Below, piece by piece: positions 1-7,456 of a stretch of 12,566 nt of DNA (position 1 is the stretch's first letter; the number at the start of each line of letters is the position of its first letter). The notes under the pieces were generated by a model, which searched no databases, had not been told where the DNA came from, and was given only the letters and a program-made list of their open reading frames with translations. The position numbers were made by a program, and so were the translations under genes. The stretch covers positions 1 through 12,566 of the forward strand of contig CAZGJX010000110.1 in NCBI GenBank assembly GCA_964525635.1, written 5' to 3'. Source of the stretch: an uncultured archaeon. GTDB taxonomy: Archaea > Asgardarchaeota > Lokiarchaeia > Sigyniarchaeales > SOKP01.

Positions 1-114
1 TTATTAAAATAGGTGATATATATGTGATATAATAAAAGAGAACAGAACAATTCAATTTTTATTATTGCGTTATAAATATTTTTTTTCCATCTCCTTGAAG
101 GGATAAGACTTAAT

Positions 115-148
115 AAAATTTCACTTTTTGTCCATATGGCTTTATTAA
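115..148 (+). promoter_or_regulatory. Conserved 20-bp motif AAAATTTCACTTTTTGTCCA (115-134) plus TATA-like box TTTATTAA (141-148) upstream of GH9
   Basis: Exact copy of the motif found before all five genes, with a 6-bp gap to the TATA-like box. Confidence 0.75.
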
Positions 149-213
149 TTGTGCTAAAAGAAGCATATATTAATTCTAATAAATTAGAATAAAAAATAAA
201 AAAGTGTTTAATA

Positions 214-2694
214 ATGTTTAAAAAAGAACTAAAAAAAAAAAAGGCCATCCTAATTATCACAGTTTTGATATTTAGTACATATTATGGAATATACTTACCA
301 AATTCAAGTCAAAAATCTAATATTACAATAGATATCAACGCATGGGCACCCCCAGCAGAAGTAAGTGATAATTATGGTGCTGCATTGCAGAAAGCAATAT
401 ATTTTTATATACTACAACGTTCTGGAAAATTACCTACGGATAATCCTTGTATTTGGAGAGGTGATTCTTGCTTAAATGATGGTTCTGATGTAGGATTAGA
501 TTTAACTGGAGGTTATTTTGATGCTGGAGACCATGTAAAATTTGGTTTACCTATAGCTTCAACTATAGTTACATTAGCATTAACTGTTTATGAATATGAA
601 TCAGTATTTCGGAGCTTAGGGCAATATGAGGAGGTGATTGATGCTATTAAGTGGGGAACAGATTATTTTATTAAATGCAATCCTGATTCAAATACATTTT
701 ACTTTCAAGTAGGAGATGGTGGTACTGATCATGCATGGTGGGGACCTGCTGAAGTTCTCGAAAATGTGATGAGTAGACCTTCTTATAAAGTAACAGCAAC
801 ACAAGGAGGATCTGCTGTCTGTGGAGCAACTGCTAGTGCTCTAACACTCACATCTATTATTTTAGAAGATTCTGATCCCTCATATGCTGCTTTATGTTTA
901 GATCATGCTATAGATTTATACAATCTTGCTCGAATAGCTCAATCAGATGATTATTACAATTCAATTGCAGGATCATTTTATGAATCTTGGAGTGGATTTT
1001 GGGATGAAATAGCAGCAACAGGAGCTATGTTATATTTAAAAACAGGTGATAATAAATATTTAACTCAAGCAGAAGAGGCTGCTCAAAACTGGAATACACA
1101 AGGTCAAGAACCATATTGGGAATACAAATGGGGTCACTCTTGGGATGATATGCACTATATTGCTCAGATGTTATTAGCAGATATAACAGGAAAACAAGAA
1201 TATATTGATTCGGTTGAAAGGAATTTAGATTGGTGGATGCCTGAGGGTGGAATAACCTATACTACAGGTGGACTTGCATGGTTAAATTCATGGGGTTCAC
1301 TTCGATATGCATCAAACACTGCATTTATGGCATTTATGTGGGTCGATAATCCTTTATGTACATCTTCAAAAGTTTCTATATATAGGAATTTTGCAGAAAA
1401 CCAAATTAATTATATTCTCGGAGAAAATCCAAATGGAAGAAGTTATATTTGTGGTTTTGGAACGAATCCTCCAGTAAATCCACACCATAGAACTGCTCAT
1501 GGCTCTTGGGCAAATAGTGTGAATACTCCTGAAGAGACCAGACATATTCTTTATGGTGCTTTAGTTGGAGGTCCTAATGCAAGTGATTATTATCAAGATG
1601 ATAGAACTGATTTTGAAATGAATGAAGTTGCTTGTGACTATAATTCAGGTCTCATTGGTGCCTTAGCTAAAATGGTAATCTTATATGGAGGTTCTCCACA
1701 TAGTGATTTTCCGAGGATATCATGGTTTAAGCCAATAGTAGAGAGAATACCTGAAATTTATCTTGAAGCCAGACTTAATTCTGAAGGAAATACATATACT
1801 GAAATAAGTGTAGATCTAATTAACCATGCTGCATGGCCAGCAAGAAATGGAGATAAATTATTATATCGTTATTTTTTTGATATATCAGAATGTATTGATG
1901 CAGGTTATTCGATAAATGATATTATTATAACTAAAGGGTATACAGAAGCACCAGTAACTGTTAGTGGCCCACATCAACTTATGGATAATGAATATTATAT
2001 TGATATAGATCATACAGGTTTTAATATTTTTCCAGGAGGACAATCAGAATGTGCAATAGAGAGTCAAATTAGAATAGGCTTACCTAATGATGCTCCTCCT
2101 TCAGCATGGGCTCCTACGAACGACTATTCATATCAAGGATTATCAAATATAAAAACAATTTCCAAATATATTTATGTTTATAACGATGGGATTCAAGTAT
2201 GGCCAAATAATATTAACCCGGGACCAATAATAAATCATCCAGATGATATTACATACTATTTAAGAACTACTGGTAATATGTTAACTTGGATAGCAACAGA
2301 TGACAATCCGACAACTTTTACAATTTACCGAGATAGTACATATCTCATTACAGCGTCATGGTGGTCTGGTGTAGAAATTAAATATCCTATTGATGGTTTG
2401 GATGTTGGGACTTATACTTATAGATGTATAGTTTCTAATGCAGATGGTTATAGTACTGCTGATTCTGTTATTGTATCTGTTATAGATCCACACCCCTTTG
2501 GAGATGTAAATCGTGATGGAACTGTTGATATTAAGGATGCTCTATGGATAGCTCGATATTATGTAGGTCTTAATCCTCAACCATTCTATGAAGAACAAGC
2601 TGATATAAATTCAGATGGTTTTATTGATATTAAAGATGCTTTATTGATAGCTCGATATTATGTTGGGTTAATACCATCGCTACCTCCTCCTTAA
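214..2694 (+). CDS. Modular endoglucanase/cellulase: signal or anchor, GH9, CBM3c, Ig-like, dockerin (826 aa)
   Basis: N-terminal basic then hydrophobic stretch (KKELKKKK-AILIITVLIFSTYYGIYL). GH9 motifs LTGGYFDAGDHVKFG (D103, D106), NPHHRTAHGSW and DDRTDFEMNEVACDYN (E471). CBM3c-like segment, and duplicated dockerin Ca-binding repeats at the C-terminus. Confidence 0.95.
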   Translation: MFKKELKKKKAILIITVLIFSTYYGIYLPNSSQKSNITIDINAWAPPAEVSDNYGAALQKAIYFYILQRSGKLPTDNPCIWRGDSCLNDGSDVGLDLTGGYFDAGDHVKFGLPIASTIVTLALTVYEYESVFRSLGQYEEVIDAIKWGTDYFIKCNPDSNTFYFQVGDGGTDHAWWGPAEVLENVMSRPSYKVTATQGGSAVCGATASALTLTSIILEDSDPSYAALCLDHAIDLYNLARIAQSDDYYNSIAGSFYESWSGFWDEIAATGAMLYLKTGDNKYLTQAEEAAQNWNTQGQEPYWEYKWGHSWDDMHYIAQMLLADITGKQEYIDSVERNLDWWMPEGGITYTTGGLAWLNSWGSLRYASNTAFMAFMWVDNPLCTSSKVSIYRNFAENQINYILGENPNGRSYICGFGTNPPVNPHHRTAHGSWANSVNTPEETRHILYGALVGGPNASDYYQDDRTDFEMNEVACDYNSGLIGALAKMVILYGGSPHSDFPRISWFKPIVERIPEIYLEARLNSEGNTYTEISVDLINHAAWPARNGDKLLYRYFFDISECIDAGYSINDIIITKGYTEAPVTVSGPHQLMDNEYYIDIDHTGFNIFPGGQSECAIESQIRIGLPNDAPPSAWAPTNDYSYQGLSNIKTISKYIYVYNDGIQVWPNNINPGPIINHPDDITYYLRTTGNMLTWIATDDNPTTFTIYRDSTYLITASWWSGVEIKYPIDGLDVGTYTYRCIVSNADGYSTADSVIVSVIDPHPFGDVNRDGTVDIKDALWIARYYVGLNPQPFYEEQADINSDGFIDIKDALLIARYYVGLIPSLPPP
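370..1680 (+). other. GH9 (alpha/alpha)6 catalytic domain, aa ~53-489
   Basis: Runs from NYGAALQKAIYFYILQRSGKLP through WRGDS, DAGDHVKF, WGSLRY, HHR and GALVGGP to NEVACDYN. All are hallmark GH9 motifs; the catalytic Asp pair and Glu are intact. Confidence 0.95.
1753..2205 (+). other. Family 3c carbohydrate-binding module fused to GH9, aa ~514-664
   Basis: EIYLEA...INHAAWPAR...YRYFFDISE...IFPGGQS...QIRI...NDYSYQGL...YIYVYNDGIQVW matches the pattern of CBM3c modules in GH9-CBM3c enzymes (T. fusca Cel9A / clostridial Cel9G type). Confidence 0.85.
2224..2481 (+). other. Ig-like beta-sandwich spacer domain, same family as the scaffoldin spacers
   Basis: PIINHPDDITY...TGNMLTWIATDDNPTTFTIY...W.SG...IDGLDVGTYTYRC.V...G....DSV.VSV aligns by eye with the seven spacer repeats in genes 2, 3 and 5. 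Confidence 0.8.
2497..2691 (+). other. Dockerin domain with two F-hand repeats
   Basis: GDVNRDGTVDIKDALWIARYYVG ... ADINSDGFIDIKDALLIARYYVG. Two DxNxDGxxDxxD Ca-binding loops, each followed by a helix, at the extreme C-terminus. Confidence 0.93.
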
Positions 2695-2724
2695 TATTTT
2701 CTATTAAGAGAAATAAATTACTAA

Positions 2725-2737
2725 TTTTCTTTTTTTT
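2725..2737 (+). terminator. Probable archaeal oligo-T terminator after GH9
   Basis: TTTTCTTTTTTTT about 30 bp after the stop codon, with no GC-rich hairpin. Confidence 0.45.
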
Positions 2738-2831
2738 CAATATTTTAAATTTAAATTACTATTTTCAATTTAATTTATACTATTTTGGAATAAATATAAC
2801 CTAATAATGGTTTATGTTGATGTAGATTTTT

Positions 2832-2865
2832 AAAATTTCACTTTTTGTCCATATACCTTTATAAA
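2832..2865 (+). promoter_or_regulatory. 20-bp motif (2832-2851) plus TATA box TTTATAAA (2858-2865) upstream of scaffoldin A
   Basis: Exact motif copy, 6-bp gap, archaeal consensus TATA box. Confidence 0.75.
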
Positions 2866-2948
2866 AAATATTCTCTTCGCATTTATTAAATAATTATACA
2901 AAAAAAAAATAGAATAAAAATACAAAAAAATTAGAGGAATTTTTAAAA

Positions 2949-5246
2949 ATGAAACATAGAAAAATTACAACTATTCTTATATTAAGCACAGTATTTATGG
3001 GATTCTTCTTAACAATGAATATTAATTTTTCAATGCCACAGACTTCTATGTCTAAAACACTTAATCTATCTGGTCAAGGTGGAGATGTTTGGTTTAGCTC
3101 AGTATCAACCCAAACCGTTGGTAACACTTTTGAGACTGAGATTTATGTCAATACAAGTAGTCAGATTTTAGGAGCTTATGGAATTGAAATTGTTTATAAT
3201 GAAGATGTTGTTCAAATCGCAAGTGATAACGATGTAGAAGCTGGTGATGAAGGATTTGTTTCTGCCGTTAATATTGATAATGATAATGGAGTGGTTACAA
3301 TTGCTGGATTTGATGCTATGGGTCAAGGACCAAGCTCTCAACTCCACTTATTAACCATTAATTGGACCGCAGTTGGCGCAGGTAGCAGTTCATTAGATTT
3401 ATCCATTATCGATTTAGCAGATAACCTTTTAGATCCAATAGGTACTCCTAACGATATTGATGGTAGTGTTGTTGTAGAAATAGGTGCACAAGCTCCAGTT
3501 CTTAATTCTCCACTATATATTTACTATCAAGAAGGTACTACAGGACATTCAATTACATGGATAGCGAAAGATGACAATCCTACAACCTATACTATAACTC
3601 AAAATGGTACTCAAGTAGATTCTGGTTCATGGAGTTCTGGTGTTGGAATCACGGTGAGTGTTGATGATTTATCAGAAGGTTCTTATACTTATATGTGTAC
3701 CATTAATGATGGAGATGGATTATCTGATTCAAACAACGTTACTGTAAATGTTGTTCCTGAAGCTGTTGGAAATGTATGGTTTAGCTCAGTATCAACCCAA
3801 ACCGTTGGTGACTCTTTTGAGACTGAGATCTATGTAAATACAGGTAATCAAAGATTAGCTACTTATGGATTTATTATTACTTATAATATGGATGTTATTC
3901 AAATAGCAAGTGTTGATGATATAGAGGCTGGTAGTGAAGGTTTTGTTTCTACAGTCCATCTTCAAAATGATAATGGATATACTAATATAACTGGATTCGA
4001 AGCAACAGCTACAGGCCCAAGCTCTCAACTCCACTTATTAACCATTACCTGGACCGCAATTGGCACAGGTCGTACTCCAATAAAATTACACAAAATAGTT
4101 TTATTAGATCCAGATTCCATCGAAATAGGTACTCCTAACGATATTAGGGGTAGTGTAATTGTAGAAGCACCTTTACAAGCTCCAGTTCTTAATTCTGCAT
4201 TAGATGTTTACTATCAAGAAGGTACTACAGGACATTCAATTACATGGATAGCGAAAGATGACAATCCTACAACCTATACTATAACTCAAAATGGTACTCA
4301 AGTAGATTCTGGTTCATGGAGTTCTGGTGTTGGAATCACGGTGAGTGTTGATGATTTATCAGAAGGTTCTTATACTTATATGTGTACCATTAATGATGGA
4401 GATGGATTATCTGATTCAAACAACGTTACTGTATATGTCGGGCTTGATACTGGTGGAGATGTATGGTTCAGTTCAGTATCACCCCAAACTGTTGGTGACA
4501 CTTTTGAGACTGAAATCTATGTAAATACAGGTAGTCAAAAATTAGCTGCTTATGGATTTAATATTACCTACAATGAAGATGTTATTCAAATAACAAGTGA
4601 TGATGATATAGAGGCGGGTGCTGATGGATTTATTTCTGTTGTCAATATAGATAATGATAATGGATTGGTTAGGATAGCTGGATTTGAAGCAACGGGTACA
4701 GGCCCAAGCTCTCAACTCCACTTATTAACCATTACCTGGACCGCAGTTGGTATAGGTAAAAGTTCATTAGATTTATCCATTGGAGAATTAGTAGATACAG
4801 ATGTATTCACAATAGTTACTCCTAACGATATTGATGGTAATGTAGAAGTTGAAGAAGCACCTACACAACCTCCAGTTCTTAATTCTCCATTAGATGTTTC
4901 CTATCAAGAAGGTCAAACTGGAAATTCCATTACTTGGACTGCTATAGATGATAATCCAACAACCTATATTATAACTCAAAATGGTATGATAGTTGCAAAT
5001 GGTTCTTGGAGTTCTGATAATCCAATCACAATAAATGTTGATGGTCTATCAGAAGGTTCTTATATCTATACTTGTACTGTCTATGATGGAGATGAATTAA
5101 CTGATTCTGATTCTGTTAATGTTTTAGTATATCCAGTAAAAGGAGGCGGAGACGGAGAAATTCCTGGATATAATTTATTTATATTTCTAGGAAGTTTATG
5201 GATTATGGTCCTTGTTGTAATATATCTAAGGAAAAGAAGACAATAA
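2949..5246 (+). CDS. Scaffoldin-like surface protein A: signal, (cohesin-Ig)x3, IPGY/TM/basic anchor (765 aa)
   Basis: Signal MKHRK-ITTILILSTVFMGFFL. Three ~133-aa beta-rich repeats starting G(D/N)VWFS at 3081-3479, 3768-4166 and 4455-4853, each with a cohesin-like pattern (VGDTFETEIYV..., AYGF.I.YN.DV.QI, LLTI.W.A.G.G.S.L.L). Ig-like repeats at 3492-3752, 4179-4439 and 4869-5129. C-terminus GGGDGEIPGYNLFIFLGSLWIMVLVVIYLRKRRQ. GAGGA at 2934-2938. Confidence 0.85.
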   Translation: MKHRKITTILILSTVFMGFFLTMNINFSMPQTSMSKTLNLSGQGGDVWFSSVSTQTVGNTFETEIYVNTSSQILGAYGIEIVYNEDVVQIASDNDVEAGDEGFVSAVNIDNDNGVVTIAGFDAMGQGPSSQLHLLTINWTAVGAGSSSLDLSIIDLADNLLDPIGTPNDIDGSVVVEIGAQAPVLNSPLYIYYQEGTTGHSITWIAKDDNPTTYTITQNGTQVDSGSWSSGVGITVSVDDLSEGSYTYMCTINDGDGLSDSNNVTVNVVPEAVGNVWFSSVSTQTVGDSFETEIYVNTGNQRLATYGFIITYNMDVIQIASVDDIEAGSEGFVSTVHLQNDNGYTNITGFEATATGPSSQLHLLTITWTAIGTGRTPIKLHKIVLLDPDSIEIGTPNDIRGSVIVEAPLQAPVLNSALDVYYQEGTTGHSITWIAKDDNPTTYTITQNGTQVDSGSWSSGVGITVSVDDLSEGSYTYMCTINDGDGLSDSNNVTVYVGLDTGGDVWFSSVSPQTVGDTFETEIYVNTGSQKLAAYGFNITYNEDVIQITSDDDIEAGADGFISVVNIDNDNGLVRIAGFEATGTGPSSQLHLLTITWTAVGIGKSSLDLSIGELVDTDVFTIVTPNDIDGNVEVEEAPTQPPVLNSPLDVSYQEGQTGNSITWTAIDDNPTTYIITQNGMIVANGSWSSDNPITINVDGLSEGSYIYTCTVYDGDELTDSDSVNVLVYPVKGGGDGEIPGYNLFIFLGSLWIMVLVVIYLRKRRQ
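3520..4433 (+). repeat. 227-bp identical direct repeat within gene 2 (3520-3746 = 4207-4433), encoding Ig-like modules 1 and 2
   Basis: Compared base by base by eye with no mismatch seen; offset 687 bp. Confidence 0.9.
5160..5246 (+). other. C-terminal sorting/anchor signal (IPGY motif, TM helix, basic tail; Loki-CTERM-like). Copies at 7152-7238 and 12293-12376.
   Basis: Tripartite layout typical of archaeal PGF-CTERM-like sorting signals, preceded by a Gly/Pro linker and conserved in all three paralogs. Confidence 0.8.
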
Positions 5247-5251
5247 TAATC

Positions 5252-5264
5252 TTTTTTTTTTTTT
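5252..5264 (+). terminator. Probable oligo-T terminator after scaffoldin A
   Basis: T13 run immediately after TAATAA. Confidence 0.55.
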
Positions 5265-5359
5265 CAATATTTAAAATTTTAATTCTTTTTTCACATTTAA
5301 TTTGTAGTAATTTAGAGTACTGTAGAAACAATAATGATCTAATATTGGTATAGATTTTC

Positions 5360-5379
5360 AAAATTTCAATTTTTATCCA
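5360..5379 (+). promoter_or_regulatory. Degenerate extra copy of the 20-bp motif (AAAATTTCAATTTTTATCCA, 18/20)
   Basis: Two mismatches to the consensus; 125 bp upstream of the exact copy at 5485. Confidence 0.5.
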
Positions 5380-5484
5380 ACTCCTTTTTTATAATAAGTC
5401 TACAAATAATATCTAAAGCGTCGTTTAATATAACCTAATCCAAAATCTAATGATTTCCCATTATTAGTTCTTTTTTTTTCGCTC

Positions 5485-5518
5485 AAAATTTCACTTTTTG
5501 TCCATATGCCTTTATAAA
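5485..5518 (+). promoter_or_regulatory. 20-bp motif (5485-5504) plus TATA box TTTATAAA (5511-5518) upstream of scaffoldin B
   Basis: Exact motif copy, 6-bp gap, consensus TATA box. Confidence 0.75.
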
Positions 5519-5600
5519 AAATATTCTCTTCGCATTTATTAAATAATTATAAAAAAAAAAATAGAATAAAAATACAAAAAAATTAGAGGAATGTTTAAAA

Positions 5601-7238
5601 ATGAAACATCGAAAAATTACAACTATTCTAATATTAAGCACGGTATTTATTGGATTCTTCTTAACAATGAATATTAATTTTTCAACACCACAGGCTTCTA
5701 TTTCTAAAACACTTAATCTATCTGGTCAAGGTGGAGATGTATGGTTCAGCTCAGTATCAACCCAATCCGTTGGTGACACTTTTGAGACTGAGATCTATGT
5801 CAATACAAGTAGTCAGATTTTAGGAGCTTATGGATTTGAAATTGTTTATAATGAAGATGTTGTTCAAATCGCAAGTGATAACGATGTAGAAGCTGGTGAT
5901 GAAGGATTTGTTTCTGCCGTTAATATTGATAATGATAATGGAGTGGTTACAATTGCTGGATTTGATGCTATGGGTCAAGGACCAAGCTCTCAACTCCACT
6001 TATTAACCATTAATTGGACCGCAGTTGGCGCAGGTAGCAGTTCATTAGATTTATCCATTATCGATTTAGCAGATAACCTTTTAGACCCAATAGGTACTCC
6101 TAATGCTATTGATGGTAGTATAGAGGTTGTAGAAGGTTCTGGAGGAGCTCCAGTTCTTAGTTTTCCAGTAGCTTTTTACTATCGAGAAGGTACTACAGGA
6201 CATTCAATTACTTGGATAGCAACAGATGATAATCCTACAACCTATAATATTACTCGAATAAAAATGCCAGATTACCAAAATGTAACTCAAATAGCCTCTG
6301 GTTCTTATAGTTCTGGAGATTCAATAACAATTACTGTTGATGGGTTATCAGTAGGTACTTATCACTATACCTGTACCGTTTATGATGGAGATGGATTATC
6401 TAAATCAACCATGACTATGGTAAAAGTCATTCCTACTACTCTTGGAAATGTATGGTTCAGCCCAGTATCAACCCAAACCGTAGGTAACACTTTTGAGACT
6501 GAGATCTATGTTGGTACAGGTAATCAGAATATAGCCGCTTATGGACTTAATATTACTTACAATGAAGATGTTATTCAAATAGCAAGTGATAATGATATAG
6601 AGGCTGGTGCTGAAGGATTTGTTTCTGCAGTGAATATTGATAATGCTAATGGATGGGTTATGATAGCTGGATTCGAAGCAAAGGGTACAGGTCCAAGTTC
6701 TCAACTGCACTTATTAAGCATTACCTGGACCACAGTTGGCGCAGGTACCAGTTCATTAGATTTAACCATTGAACATTTAGTAAATAATTATACAACGCCA
6801 ATAGAACATCCTAACGCTATTGATGGTAGTGTAGTTGTAGAAAGAGGTCCTGAAATAACTCCAGTTCTTAATTCTCCTACTGATGTTTCCTATCAAGAAG
6901 GTGAAACCGGAAATTCTATTACCTGGATACCTACAGATGACAATCCTACAATTTATACTATAACTCAAAATGGTACTCAAATAGCTTCTGGTTCATGGAG
7001 TTCTGGTAATCCAATCACAATAAATGTTGATGGATTATCTCCTGACCTATATATATATAAAATTACCGTATATGATGCAGATGAATTAACTGATACTGAT
7101 TCTGCTTATGTTTTAGTATATAAAGTACCTGAACCACCCGGAGGGGGAGAAATTCCTGGATATGATTTATATATATTTCTACTAAGTCTCTGGGTTACAG
7201 TCCTTGCTATAATATATCTAAGGAAAAGAAGCCAATAA
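5601..7238 (+). CDS. Scaffoldin-like surface protein B: signal, (cohesin-Ig)x2, IPGY/TM/basic anchor (545 aa)
   Basis: Paralog of gene 2. Cohesin-like modules at 5733-6128 and 6444-6842; Ig-like at 6147-6428 and 6858-7118; anchor at 7152-7238 (IPGYDLYIFLLSLWVTVLAIIYLRKRSQ). GAGGA at 5586-5590. Confidence 0.85.
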   Translation: MKHRKITTILILSTVFIGFFLTMNINFSTPQASISKTLNLSGQGGDVWFSSVSTQSVGDTFETEIYVNTSSQILGAYGFEIVYNEDVVQIASDNDVEAGDEGFVSAVNIDNDNGVVTIAGFDAMGQGPSSQLHLLTINWTAVGAGSSSLDLSIIDLADNLLDPIGTPNAIDGSIEVVEGSGGAPVLSFPVAFYYREGTTGHSITWIATDDNPTTYNITRIKMPDYQNVTQIASGSYSSGDSITITVDGLSVGTYHYTCTVYDGDGLSKSTMTMVKVIPTTLGNVWFSPVSTQTVGNTFETEIYVGTGNQNIAAYGLNITYNEDVIQIASDNDIEAGAEGFVSAVNIDNANGWVMIAGFEAKGTGPSSQLHLLSITWTTVGAGTSSLDLTIEHLVNNYTTPIEHPNAIDGSVVVERGPEITPVLNSPTDVSYQEGETGNSITWIPTDDNPTIYTITQNGTQIASGSWSSGNPITINVDGLSPDLYIYKITVYDADELTDTDSAYVLVYKVPEPPGGGEIPGYDLYIFLLSLWVTVLAIIYLRKRSQ

Positions 7239-7244
7239 TAACAA

Positions 7245-7255
7245 TTTATTTTTTT
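7245..7255 (+). terminator. Probable oligo-T terminator after scaffoldin B
   Basis: TTTATTTTTTT after TAATAA, at the position homologous to the T13 run after gene 2. Confidence 0.45.
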
Positions 7256-7340
7256 AATATTAAATTTTTTATAATTTTTTCTTTAATTTAATCTGAAATA
7301 GTTTAGAATATAAATAATCTATTATTGGTATAAAATTGCA

Positions 7341-7360
7341 AAAATTTCACTTTTTGTCCA
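7341..7360 (+). promoter_or_regulatory. 20-bp motif upstream of the beta-helix gene
   Basis: Exact copy, ending 97 bp before ATG 7457 (97-98 bp for genes 2 and 3). The TATA box is less canonical here (TTATAT at 7370). Confidence 0.65.
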
Positions 7361-7456
7361 AATTATTTCTTATATCATTATTTACTTGTGTAACTCTATG
7401 ATAATATTACCAAAAAATTTCTACCAAAAATGTGCTGAAAATAAAGATTAAATAAA

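Larger units (their letters stand above)
3184..6085 (+). repeat. 250-bp identical repeat between genes 2 and 3 (3184-3433 = 5836-6085; first cohesin), within a longer near-identical promoter-to-cohesin-1 duplication
   Basis: Compared by eye, offset 2652 bp. Similarity extends upstream to 2832/5485. Confidence 0.9.

Noticed and set aside
11-31. AGGTGA followed by ATG-TGA, and a GTGATATA direct repeat
   Set aside because: Too short and too close to the window edge to distinguish from chance.
6468-6980. Minus-strand ORFs 6468-6710 and 6777-6980
   Set aside because: Short, antisense to a well-supported gene, with no recognisable motifs.
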